A stretch of 60,538 bases of DNA, counting the filler, from Hausera hauseri (lineage: Eukaryota): the NCBI GenBank assembly GCA_046269625.1. It is 11 parts of 11 records of this genome, joined end to end, with 100 filler letters (N's around TTAATTAATTAA, not from the genome) between each part and the next. Parts side by side here need not be neighbours in the genome. Positions count along the whole stretch, not along the records: positions 9,955 to 14,646 come from JBJURY010473799.1; positions 14,747 to 20,441 come from JBJURY010204746.1; positions 20,542 to 27,424 come from JBJURY010055439.1; 8 more parts are not named here. One strand, 5' to 3'. The notes beneath the pieces were generated by a model, which was given only the letters and a program-made list of their open reading frames with translations, did not search any database and had not been told where the DNA came from. The number at the start of each line of letters is the position of its first letter. Position 1 is the stretch's first letter. This document shows, piece after piece, positions 9,955 to 21,825 of this stretch. The translations under genes were made by a program, and so were the position numbers.

Positions 9955-12900
9955 ATTTTATAGATCTCTTCCAGTATCGTCGCTTCTTGTTTCTTCTTCA
10001 TAAAATTAAGTCGTCGTAATGCTTCGAATCTCGTTCGGATATCTATTTTTGCTGGTATCGTATCTAAATTACGTGCGCTTTCTTCTAACTGTTTCTTTAC
10101 AGAAGTCTCGCTTTCTGGAAATTCCTTCTTTCGGTTTTCTACTAATTTGCTTAATCGCATTACTAATTCGGACCATTCTGACAATTGATTTGCGATTATT
10201 GGCTTTGCCATTATAGCCTTACCTAGCATCTTATATGCAACTTTTAACTCATCGTCTGGCACTCTTAGAAAATTCATAATCCTGCCGACATAACTATACT
10301 CGTCCTTATGTTTGCCCAATTCTACGATACAAGCCTTTACTACGTATTGAGTCTCCTCATGGTTTGGGGACAAGATTCGGTTTTTCAAACTATAAATTTG
10401 TGTTCGCTTTTCATTTTCCATTTTAAATCAACTTTCTAGATTCGTGTGCTGTTTAGGTTCAGAGAAAGCGATTTTTATCATCTCCATTAAGGAGGAATAT
10501 CTACTTGGTCTATACCCAATATTTCCAAATCGATATTACTTCAATGGTTCTCAATTGTTAGTGTGTAGTTTGGTATTCTGGAAGGTTTTTAACCTTGGAT
10601 TGTCCCAAATTGTTGATCTAGTTTCTATATTCCGAGGTTCTCTCGGAAAATACCACATCCTGGGACCCTCTGTGGATTGTTGGTAACACATTTTCCGTAG
10701 GATCCTGTAGCGTTTCGTTCCTTCATAATGTTCTTCTACATTAATTGTTCTTTTATAAACCTCCGTCTTATATGAACTCATTGATCGTTTGTCGAATTCT
10801 TCATAGATTGGAGCAGTAGGAGGCAGCATAGGCAATGGCGCTTTAATAACATAGTACATCTTATGTCTGTTTATTCGTGAAAGTACTTCTCCTCCCTTAG
10901 GCTTGTCATCATCTAAATTATTTCTTCGTGTATTAGGTTTTGTACATTTCCGCTTTTGCAAGAATATAGGACTTCCTTTTCGTTTAGGATTATAATAACT
11001 GACGTGGCATTCTACGTCCGATTTCCATTTATTTTTTTCGTATGCCTTTAAGAATTTTACAAAAGGCGTTATGATCGCAGTTAGTATTTTGCATAAAAAT
11101 CCAGTCAACATAAATATTTCATACCCATTTATTACTGCTTGGATGACTGCTTTAATCATTTTGTATCAGAAAATATGTCGCTAAAAATTCGGATGCAGCT
11201 TGTCCGAAAATCAAGAATCGTCCCCAAATTTTATAGAGTATTTTGGTCGTTACTCACTGATAATGGTTTACGCCAAGTAGAGATTCCCATTTATCCTGAT
11301 ATCGTGAATCTTCTACTACTGAGGCCATGGCTCGGTTTAATTCATGTGTTCGTTGTCGCGGAAAAGCGAGGATTTGTCTGAAGACTTCAATTTCCTTAGG
11401 CCTGTATATGCCTTTCGACGAGGTGTCTTAAAATTTATCGCCCGTAATTCCTTTTGCAAGGTTTGTTCCAGTTAATTTATTTGGAGCGGCAATGATACCT
11501 CCATTTGGCAAACTAACACAGTCTGTTTCACTGCGCCTAAACATGGGCTTTCCTAAGCTTGCCTTACAGTCTCTAAGGATTGTTGGTTGGATTGCATTGT
11601 CCAATAACACTCTCGTCAACGGTGTAGCTAACCTGGGAGTATTTTGATAAATCACAGGAAGTTTCTGAATGCAACGTTTTTCTTCCACGTTAATGAGTAC
11701 ATCTTTTTTTTCGCATTCATAGGTTAGCAGTACTTCGCCTTGAACCCGTCCGAAAATTTCCTTTTTTATCGGAATTATTGGCGAAGCCAGTCCTGGTTTG
11801 GCGTATATAAGGGCGTGTTTCATCCTCATGATCTCGTTATTTAATTTACAGTCGTTCGTTATCATTTTGTGATATAATTCAGTTATTCCGACTTGCACTT
11901 TGTAATAGAAGTAGTCATCTCGGTTTTTCAAGTAATCCTCAATTCGGCCATACTGTGTTTCTAGTTTCTAAGTCTTCGCATTTATTTCCGTTTCTGCGAC
12001 GAAAAAGGCCTCATAGTTAGTGGCGAACATCATTACGTCACAACGAGAAATCATTTCTTTCTTAATACATTTTAGTCCGTGCTGATCAGAGATTAAAATA
12101 GTGTGTGTAAGATGTTCTGATACATCCTTGCGTGTCCTTGAGTTGGTATCTGATTTATCCACATATCGTTTTCCAGCAGTCTCAATAAACTTCAGTTCCT
12201 TAATTTTAATAAAGTTACAACTTCTTCCAATGGGCGGTTTCCATATTATACCAGAACTTCTAAAAGCACAGGTTCCATCTTGTTAGTGGCACTTTTGGTT
12301 TTTAGTATATAACTTGGTGACACCATGGAACATTACTTTCTGTGATCGCATCTCTGATTCGTAGAAATCCACGACTACCACATTTGCTTGTAATCCTTTT
12401 CCAGTGTCGTATTTTGCTCCGTAACAATGTCCGCTATGCATATATAACCTTCCGACCACTATCTCGTACGCCCTAATTATCTTTCCTGGCTGCATTTCCA
12501 ATTGCATACTATCCCATTGTATCCTTGCAGTCTCCTTGACTTGTTTGCAGTGCTGGCGTTCTAGATTCATTGGGATCAGAGGAGTTGTTGGTTTGATTAT
12601 TGAGGAATGTCCGTGAACTAACCCACAGTGAAAAATGCTACGTGATTGTCTCAAAATGCATTCCATTCCATCTAACGATATCAGTTTTTGTTGTTGGTAC
12701 AAGAAGTATTTTTCCTCTCTTGGTTCCAACTTGTGTAGTCTGGCATCTTCGCACACTTCTAGATCCATTAGGGAATATCTCTGCCCTAGTTTAAACTTAT
12801 CGCAGTCGTAGACGGTTACAGGGCCTATATGCTTTATTTGCATCATCAAGGTAAGTAGGCTGATTAACCGATTTAATTCATTAGTCCGATAGCCAACATC

Positions 12901-14646
12901 CGCTGTTGTTAAATTTCGTAACATATCGCCGAGTTCATCACCGGTCCGTCTGTCCTCTTCCTTGTCAAATAGTCTTGACCAATTCACTTTGCAGAGCAAT
13001 TTTTTCGCTGAGTTTTGTGCTAAGTATATAGCTCTATTGATTTCATTCGCTCGATTAAGGTTTATTTTGATAGCTAAGTATAGTAATACTTTTCTCAATT
13101 CCTCGTTGGTGTTTTCCACCATGATCTTTTTGATTACCGATTTGTCGGATAAGTTACTTTTTGATAGTTTAAAACGTGAACTTCGCATCACTCTAGCTGC
13201 ATCGAATATTATCTTTTCTTTATCATCTAATACATCACTTCGAAGGCTCGAATAATTTACAATTCGTATTAAATTCTTTATTAACTCACTTAATTCCTCA
13301 TTGTTTGTACTGAGAGTCGGAATCGACATCTGCCTCACTTCTCTAATCAATTCTTCATTATAGTCCACTTCATATCTCATTTTCTTAGGCCTGCCAACTG
13401 GGCGTTTCGGCCTTTGGTCTTTAGTGGTTAGTTCACTGAGTGGTACTAAATTTGTATCGTATTGTTCCTTATCTTCATCTGTTTGTAAATACTCGAAATA
13501 CATTGCAGCGTCTCGGACTCCCATGATTTATCCTACGCATTGTTCTGCCTTGGCCTTACCTGTAGCCTCTTCTTTTGTTTGTTCGTTCGCCACTATTGCT
13601 ACTATCCGATTCGTTTCGTCGGGAATAATTCCGACGTCTATTAATTGTTCTAGATCATCAAGAATTCTACCTCTAAAGTAAAATCTCTAATTAAGCTCGT
13701 TTGTTCCGCCGTTATTTAATAACCATTCTCTTACGGCCCTTACATAGAAATATGTAGTTAACTCACATTCTTTTTTGTCCATCCACTCGGATGATTCCAT
13801 TACTTTCATCGCTACCTCAGGTTTAGCCCTCAAGATTTTAACGTATTTCTTAATCAAAAGTTTCGGTACCGTGACATAAATTGTGTTCTCACTAGATAAT
13901 TTCGTTAATGTCGGAATAAGTTGTCTTAATTTACTTTCAGAAATGTTTACGTTAATTAATTCGATTAAGTCTTTTTCAGATAGCGCTGAATCCAGGAGCA
14001 TCACCACATTGAATCTTCTGTTCTGCGGACATGTTTCTATCTTATTTAGTTGCACTGGAGTCACTAGTTTTTCGGAAAATATTGCATCTAAGTATGCATC
14101 CCATTCGGGGTCGTTTCCAGCATCTGGAAATCCATAGTCTACTAAGGCTGCATTCGTTCTTTTCACATTTTCTCAAATTTCTTTTAATCTGGGTTGTATT
14201 TCCTTCATTTGCGTAGTGCGGAAACCTATTCCGTTTGCGCAGGCATACTGAATCATTTTCAGTAATTCACCTAATTCATTAGAATTGATGAGTACTATTT
14301 GGTGATAATCTGTTAATTCAATAATTGCATCTTTTTGCCATCTTTGTACAAATTCTCGCTTATTTTTGATTTCTGATTCGGTAAAAGCATATTTGTTTCG
14401 GTAAATCTCGAATTCTTTTGCTAGTTCATCTAGTCTCGTTGCTCTTTGTTTTGCTCTGATACATATTTCTTCTACTTGCTGTAATTTGGGCACCAATTGC
14501 CTCATCTTTTCGTCATTAATCACCGCCATTTCTACCCATAAGTACATTTTATTTATGAGTTTTGAGTCAGGATCCATCGCATCCAACAATTTCCATATGA
14601 ATTTGGATTCCTGAAAACTAAGATGTTGGTCATTTCTTATCTTTAT
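9955..14646 (-). pseudogene. Decayed viral/retroelement polyprotein spanning all of contig 3
   Basis: ORFs starting 14589, 14166, 13524, 12162 and 11931 share one frame, open to the contig edge and broken only by isolated stops (14173, 13687, 13528, 12283, 11968, 11428, 11254). After one frameshift near 11160, ORFs 11159 and 10421 share the next frame. Confidence 0.75.
11040..12870 (-). pseudogene. Chuvirus-like (Monjiviricetes-type, class III / gB-related) fusion glycoprotein
   Basis: Hydrophobic segment, then VTVYDC..YSLMDLEVC, LYQQ..C....R.IFHCG..GHSS, GHCYGAKY...NVVV, GRVQGEVLLTYEC, RCIQKLPVIYQN..LATPLTRVL, KGIY, IWGRFLIFGQ..IKAVIQAVINGY. This cysteine and motif order is typical of chuviral G and its retroelement-captured homologs. 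Confidence 0.82.
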
Positions 14647-14759
14647 NNNNNNNNNNNNNNNNNNNNNNNNNNNNNNNNNNNNNNNNNNNNTTAATTAATT
14701 AANNNNNNNNNNNNNNNNNNNNNNNNNNNNNNNNNNNNNNNNNNNNGCTGGCAGATATA

Positions 14760-15260
14760 CTGAGGATGAAGTCGGAGCACCTATGGACTTGTCCAGTGTG
14801 TAATGATGATGACCTGACGACTAACTAACTAACTAACAAGGCAAGACATGCTTTTATGTCACAAAGGAACATGAAAAGATCACAGTCTCAGAACTCAAAC
14901 CAAACATCACATTTTTTACTCCTGTGTAAAACCAGTATTACTTTATGACACAGAAACATGGAAGAACTTAGGGACTGTGGCACACAGACAACAAAAATGT
15001 GTAAATAAATGCTTAACGCGAATACTTGGAGTTGGTTGGTCAGACACCATTTTAAATGAAAGTCTGCTAGAGAAGCTAAGGCATGACCTAGTCATGGACC
15101 AGATCAGAAAGAGGACATGGAAGTGGATAGGACATACACTACGCAGAGAGTAAGATAACATTGCCAGACCTGCGCTATAATTGAACTTCATTGGACAGGG
15201 GAGTATCGGGAGACCAGTGGCAACCTAGAGAAGTTAAAGCAACAGATACATTATGGAGCG
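14760..15260 (+). mobile_element. RTE-like non-LTR retrotransposon 3' fragment, degenerate
   Basis: Translates as YDTETW...VNKCLTRILGVGWSDTILNESLL...QIRKRTWKWIGHTLRR...IARPAL...GRP, the conserved C-terminal tail of RTE-clade ORFs. Confidence 0.75.
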
Positions 15261-16194
15261 AGATAAAGAAAAATGCTTTGCACCATCAGAGGTTGGTTGT
15301 TGTTGTTAGTTGTAGATGTTTCTGTCACTGTGAGTAGGAACCCTTGGCAGTTGGTTCGACCATTATCTTTCTCTACAAGTGCAGACAATGCAGTCACCTT
15401 CCAATAGCTTTGACGCATCCCGGTCCCCATATAAGGGCATGGGTCCCACTTTTACTGGAAATTCGCAGTTCTCCTTCTGACCTGGGGAGATATTGTTGAC
15501 TGTGTAGTGATCCAGAATTTCTTCAGTTTCTCTTTGAATCAGAAAACTCCTCCTGGCATGAAGGCATCAGCAGAGAGAAGCTGCTTGCCCAGAGTTTCAC
15601 TTTATTTTTCAAACCAAAAGCTAAACAGATCAGTACCTTCCCCATTTACTGGCAAGGTTTATGGACTAAGTTACTGAAGTAAAAAAGGGAAAAGGTGAGA
15701 ACTCATTGCATCTTTTCTTCAAAGCGAGAAAATTAAATAAGCCAACAGGAAGGAGAATAGCTGAGGTGTTACAATATCTTAAACTCTCCACAGTCCAGAA
15801 TGAAAGGGTAGCAAGGCCAAAACCAAACCATTGTTCAGGATTCAGAAATATGCATTGACCAAGCAAACCTCTGTGCAATGGCTAAGAGATGTTTTCTAAA
15901 AGTAACCAGAAAACAATTAAATCCATTCTTCAAAGTTTTATTTTAATGAATTCTCCTGCTCCATATGAACGTTTGTCGCAAGCAATATTCCAATCTATCA
16001 AAAAACTAGCTTCGTTTACTCTGTCATCTTCACGATTAAAAGAAGACAACCCAGCAAACACACACCCGCTGGCGATGTACCTTACCAGTGCCTTCATGCC
16101 GTCACTTCTGGTACCCGGCCGTTACTGGCTTCAAGTAACGGCGTCGTAACTAACGTGTCCAACCCGGCGCAACCGGCCCATCAGTGCGGGGAGA

Positions 16195-16287
16195 CACTGG
16201 CACTGTACCGGCTCTCGGGGCACATCTACAGTAAAGGCACTGGCACTGTACCGGCTCTCGGGGCACATCTACCGTAAAGGCACTGGC
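16195..16287. repeat. 43-bp direct tandem duplication within a GC-richer patch (16050-16460)
   Basis: CACTGGCACTGTACCGGCTCTCGGGGCACATCTAC(A/C)GTAAAGG occurs twice. The patch begins CCCAGCAAACA at 16050, similar to animal EnSpm/CACTA-type ends (tentative). Confidence 0.8.
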
Positions 16288-16492
16288 CCAGTAACTTTGC
16301 TATACTGCTTTTTTGATGGTAACGTACTGTGCCAGTACCCAAAAGCCGTCACTTCTGACACTCCCTTTCCGGCTCGAGGGCACCTGAACGATACTTTTTA
16401 GGTACTGGCATCCTGCAGTTCAGGTACCGGAGTTTTAACGGTATTATTTAACGTACACTGCCCCAATGACTTTAATGAAAAATAAAATTATG

Positions 16493-17009
16493 GAGAGGAT
16501 GCTGAAATTTTTATTACTTTTAATCATATTATGAAATTAATTGCACGAAACTTACTGTAAACTCTGTGGAACTTGAAAATATAAAATGTTTGAAAAAACG
16601 AGTCTTATAAGAAAAACAAAAGGTTTTCATAAAATACTTACTTAAAACTAAAAAAATTAAATTACTTCACAATTATGATTTAACATTATTTGATTTGATA
16701 ATCATAAAATTTACAGGATATTGGGCATGTTAAGCTCAGTTTCAACAAGCTAGCATGCCAGTAACCAAATATCCTGTTAATTTTAGGATTCTCATAAATC
16801 AAATAATGTTAAATTATATAATTTGTGAAGCGATTTAATTTTTAATATAAAATAAGTACTCTATTAAAATTTTTTGTTTTTATTTATATCAAGTTGTTTG
16901 AAAGATTTTATATTTGAAAGTTCCCCTGAGTTTACAGTAAATTTTGCTTACCTGATTTTTTAATATATGATTAGAAAAGCAATAGAAATTTCAGAGTTAG
17001 CATCCTCTC
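16493..17009. mobile_element. Foldback / MITE-like element: ~517-bp imperfect palindrome with ~230-bp arms
   Basis: GAGAGGATGCT...AGCATCCTCTC termini. Internal blocks pair in inverted order: TTACTGTAAACTC/GAGTTTACAGTAA, TTTAACATTATTTGATTT/AAATCAAATAATGTTAAA, ACAGGATATT/AATATCCTGT. Confidence 0.85.
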
Positions 17010-17662
17010 AATGTTTTTTTTCCCGTTTCCAGATGGTATTCATGAAATTAATTCTCAGCAAGTCCCCTCCCTCAATTGCTAAAACTTTCTATTTAAGCAT
17101 GCTTTGCACATTATTACTATTTAGAATTCTGAAAAAAGCAGTGACCAACCCTCCAAAACTTAGAACTTATATTCAGTTTCTTTCAGATCTGTCACTGTCA
17201 TCTCAGCAGAAAATCATTTGACTTTACAGTTTCCTTTAAAATTCTACTATTTTAATATAAAAATGACATTTATTTTCTTGCATTTTCTAGGGGGGGGGGG
17301 AAGTTTGCTATAAATATATATTTGGAAAAAAATTAAAGGAACCATAAAAATTAACATTTGTGATAATGAAAATGAGTCCCAATTTTTTTTTATACAAAAG
17401 CAGTTATGTCTTGCTACCTTCTAAACGGTAGTGCCTGCCAGTGAAATTTTTTGTTTCTTATATGTTGAAGAACTATGCCACTCTCAAGTGCTAAAACAAA
17501 ATTAAATATCTGGCATATTTTTTTACATTAATAATTTTGTAAAAGAACAAAACATATCTTGACTATAATATAAATGACATAAAGCACTGATGCATAAATA
17601 CATATAAACAAGATTAAACATTGAATATACACCATAAATACTCGAAAAAGAAACAAAAAATT

Positions 17663-17711
17663 CCTTACGAGCCCGTTTCAAGAGATTAATTATATCTCCC
17701 TTCTTCAGAGG
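17663..17711 (-). ncRNA. Minimal type I hammerhead ribozyme in the Penelope 3' region
   Basis: Minus strand reads CCT-CTGAAGA-AGGGAGAT(ATAATTA)ATCTCTT-GAAA-CG(GGCT)CG-TA-AGG: CUGANGA and GAAA core, stem II, short stem III, GUA cleavage triplet, CCT/AGG stem I. It lies 130 nt downstream of the PLE stop. Confidence 0.8.
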
Positions 17712-17841
17712 TTAGTGCGACACGCAAAATGGCGTTGATCACACGGAAGCAAACATATAAATAGTGAGAATGACCGTTGCCAACGTGGAAAGCGAAAAGA
17801 TAGTAAATAAAAATAGCCAATAAGAAGAAAGGGGGGAGGAG

Positions 17842-20091
17842 CTACAGAGACCCATGGAGTAAATATTTCCAGGCGCTATGTAAAAAGGGCGTGGAAGTAT
17901 CGTCATTAACCAGGTTACTAGAATTCTGCATGATAGAATAAGATTCAAGAACATCCAAATGGCCAACAGAATTAGGCGTGCATAAAATTTTTGCCTTGGA
18001 AAAATTAAAACGATGTCCAGAATTCCAACAATGAGTAGCGATAGAAGATTTAGAAAGCTCCTGATTGGAAATATACCTTTGATGCTCTTTCAGCCGAAAT
18101 TTGAGAGCACGTTTAGTTTGGCCAATATAGCCAAGATCACACTCACAAGGAATAAAATAAACACCCCAACGATTTTCAACAGAAATGGGATCTTTAGGTG
18201 AAGAAAACCTAAGTTTATTAACAGGTTTAAAGACAACTTTGAACCCGAAACGAGAAAGTAAATTGGAAATTTTGTAACAGAAAGTGGAAAAGAAAGGTAA
18301 AATGACAATATCAGAAAAGTCAGAAACAACACCACGGGAAGGATTAGGTTTAGAAAGCTTAGAAACGGCCTTCGAAATAATAGAAGGATCATACCCACGA
18401 GACACAGCAAGAGATTTAAGATAATTCAATTCGATATGGAGAGACGATGGATCGGAACAAAGTTTAAGAGCACGATGCACATAAGTGTAAAAAGCAGACA
18501 TTTTCTGCTTATGAGGATGATTGGAACTAAAGTGCGGAGGCAGAGAAACAGCGAAAGACTTTCTATAGACAGACGTGGCGAAACGATTAGGTTGTTTCGT
18601 AACCAAAACATCAAGAAATGGTAAAGAATTGTTGGACTCTTCTTCGAGAGTGAACTGGATGCAAGGATCAATAGAATTTACAACCGAAAGCAATACTGCT
18701 AAATCAACCTTAGGATGGACTAAAACGAAGGTATCGTCAACATATCTCATCCAAGAAACAAAATCAAACACTTTAAAAAGCTTTTCTTCAAAATAATGCA
18801 TGTAGATATCGCAAAGTATAGGAGAAAGGGGGTTTCCCATAGCCAGACCCTCAGTTTGTTTGTAGAATTTACCATTAAAAATGAAAGCAGTTTGTTTAAC
18901 ACAAACCCTAACCAAACTAAGAAATTCCTCAATTTCCACAGAGGAATAATGGAATTCACTTAATCTTGAACCTAAACAAATGATAGCACCCTCAACAGGG
19001 ACATTAGTGAAAAGAGATTTGACATCAAGTGAAAGCATACGACAGTTAGAAGGATTCATGTTATTAATTTTTTTGACAAAATCATACGAATTTTTCACAG
19101 TGTGAATATTATTAATAGTTAGAGGGGAGAGCGTGCGTACGAGAAAGCGGGCAAGATTGTACGAGGCAGTGCCAATATTCGAAACAATAGGACGAAAGGA
19201 GAGAACGGGTTTGTGGATTTTTGGAAGGGCATAAAAGCGAGCACAGTTAGCAATAGACGGGATAACAGATTTCTTCGTGGACACATTTAAAATAACACTT
19301 TGTTTAACAACGCGTTTGATTTCATTAAGATGAGAATTAGTGGGATCGGATTTTAAGAGAGAATAAGGTCCAGAAGATAACATGTTATCAACAGAAGAAA
19401 CATAAGATGATTTATTCATTAAAACAGTTTGACCGCCTTTATCGGCTTTAGTTATAAGCAAGTCCGGAACAGAATTTAACTCCTTAAGAGCCGACTTTTG
19501 GGAGTGGGAAAGGTTTGATTTAGAATTTAAGTTGTTAGACGAAATAGCATTTGCTAGAAGGTGACGTAAAGTGTCTTTTTGGCCAGAAGAGATTTTACTA
19601 TGTTTAAAGGCATTTTCAATAGGAGCAATTAAATTAGGAGCCGAAACATTACGCACACGGGAAAAATTTAGACCTAAATTAAGAACATCCTTCTGACTGT
19701 CAGTAAGAATATGCGAGGATAAGTTAACAATAGTATTTTGAGACAAAGGTTGAAAATTGTGAGAACTAGAACTATTGGAACTTACAAGAGCATTAAATTT
19801 CCTTTCTAAAACGAATCTATGGGAAACCGCCAACTTTTCAACATAAGCAAAACTGTGTTTTTCCCATTGAGAAAACTCCGGAACAGCATCACTCAACAGA
19901 AGATGTAAATGAAAAAGTTCAGATTCAATATCAGACAAACGATGTCGAACGCCTTTAATCACGGCGCGTAAGACCGAACACCTAGACCTATTCAAAGCTA
20001 TATTCGCACGAAAAGAAAAAGTAATATATTTCAGTGAATTGAACTTTAAATGGCATTCTCTTGCATGTTTGTTTGAAGACCTGTGGAACAT
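17842..20091 (-). mobile_element. Penelope-like element ORF (reverse transcriptase + GIY-YIG endonuclease), uninterrupted 749 aa, probably 5'-truncated
   Basis: ITKADKG, FYALPKIHK..FRPIVS, LSLDVKSLFTNVP, GLAMGNPLSP, RYVDDTF, LPFLDV, and GIY-YIG motif GVYFIPCECDLGYIGQTKRALKFRLKEH. Confidence 0.95.
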
Positions 20092-20161
20092 TCATGCCTT
20101 CCAAATTTTTTCTATCTTCTGACTTGTCTGGAGTCCATTTTTTAACCATTCTCCCCTTCAG

Positions 20162-20331
20162 TTCTACAGAGCCTTGAACATCAGGGTGGCTCTGGTGGGT
20201 CTGGAGGTGTGGAGCGACTCTGACAAATGCCCCGTCACTCAGGATCCCTTCACCACTCTGCATGAGTTCCTAGACTGGAGGAAAGTAAAACTGCTGCCCC
20301 AGAAGCCTCACGACAATGCGCAGCTCATAAG
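20162..20331 (+). CDS. ADAM12: Single internal exon of ADAM12 (metalloprotease domain), vertebrate/teleost-like
   Basis: Flanked by CCCCTTCAG| and |GTGAAC. Encodes FYRALNIRVALVGLEVWSDSDKCPVTQDPFTTLHEFLDWRKVKLLPQKPHDNAQLI, close to vertebrate ADAM12. Not in the supplied ORF track. Confidence 0.85.
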
Positions 20332-20541
20332 GTGAACATTTATTTTGACAGCCACAAACACCTCTGGGCATTTTGGGTTTGTTTGTTTCACCTGAAAAAA
20401 AAAAAAAACATCCTCAAAATCTTTCAGGGACAGCCCCACATNNNNNNNNNNNNNNNNNNNNNNNNNNNNNNNNNNNNNNNNNNNNTTAATTAATTAANNN
20501 NNNNNNNNNNNNNNNNNNNNNNNNNNNNNNNNNNNNNNNNN

Positions 20542-21825
20542 AGTATGGACAGTATTTATCGGAAAATAAACCAATTGTTATTTATACTGACCACAAACCA
20601 CTACAATGGCTAAAGAGTCATAAGAATCCAAATAGTCGTTTAATGAAATTAGCAATGTTACATCAACCATACGAATTCAAGTTCAAATATAAAACTGGTA
20701 AGGCTAATGCAAATGCAGACTATATGTCAAGAATACCAGATGACATAGATCGAGAGGAAGAAATAACAGATAAATCAGGTGTTATAGCAGCTATTTGGAG
20801 TATCACGGAACACGAAAAATCGTTGCAACAAAAACAACACAACGATGAACGAATCCTCCAAAAGAAAATCATACCAAAAGAAATTGATCTTCACGCTCAT
20901 TTAGTAAAGTTTGCCGAAAATTATCAGACGAAAGATGGTATATTATACTACAATTGCAAAGGAAAATTGGTCGTTGTTGTTCCCCAAGAAGAAGTAAAAC
21001 TATTGCTAACACAGTACCATGATGGTATGTTGGGAGGACATCAATCAAAGAAGCGAACCATAGGCAGATTAAAAAGAAAATATTATTGGCATAATATGCT
21101 TAAAGATGTAGAAGAGTGGTGTAAAAGTTGACCCATTTGTGCTACAAGGAAGAATACGGGAACAAGAATTAAAGTCCCCCTTAAACCATTGGAATGTCCA
21201 CCAGCTCCAATGGAATTTTCGGCGATGGATATCATGGGACTTTTGCCAATAACGATAAATGGAAATAAGTATATGCTAGTGTTTGTCGACTTATTTTCCA
21301 TATGGTCAGTAATAGTTCTGATACCAGATCAGAAGGCCGCCACTATTGCTCAAGTATTCGTTGAAGAAACCGTATTTAATTACGGAGCGCCCACCAAACT
21401 ATTGACGGATCAAGCTCCAAATTTCACAGGAGAAGAGATGACAGAGATATAAAAAATATTTCAAGTATTACAATTGAAAACTACTCCATACTATCCACAG
21501 ACTAATGGAACAGTCGAGTGATTTAACGAAACATTAACTAACATGTTAGCAACAATGGTTAATGAACGACGGGACGACTGGGACGAATACATTAAACCCT
21601 GTCTGTTCGCCATTAGGAATACGATCCACCCTGCAACCAAAGTAACCCAATTTTATCTAATATACCTGAGGAATACTAATATGCCAATTGATTTGGATTT
21701 TAAGGTATCAATTTCACATTTAAAAGACATAAAATATAAAGAAATACTAGAAGAAAAACCAAGTTATGTGTGGAATTTGGCCTCACGAAACATAAAAATA
21801 TGCCAAAAAGAATATAAAGATAGAT
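20542..21825 (+). mobile_element. Gypsy/Ty3 pol fragment (RNase H end + integrase), degenerate
   Basis: IYTDHKPLQWL, KYKTGKANANADYMSR, HHCC region YHDGMLGGH...WCKS*PIC, AMDIMG, LLTDQAPNF, YPQTNGTVE; internal stops. Confidence 0.9.

Noticed and set aside
11160-14646. Alternative genetic code or programmed readthrough explaining the in-frame stops
   Set aside because: All three stop types occur, at positions implying different residues, and a frameshift is present; ordinary decay is simpler.
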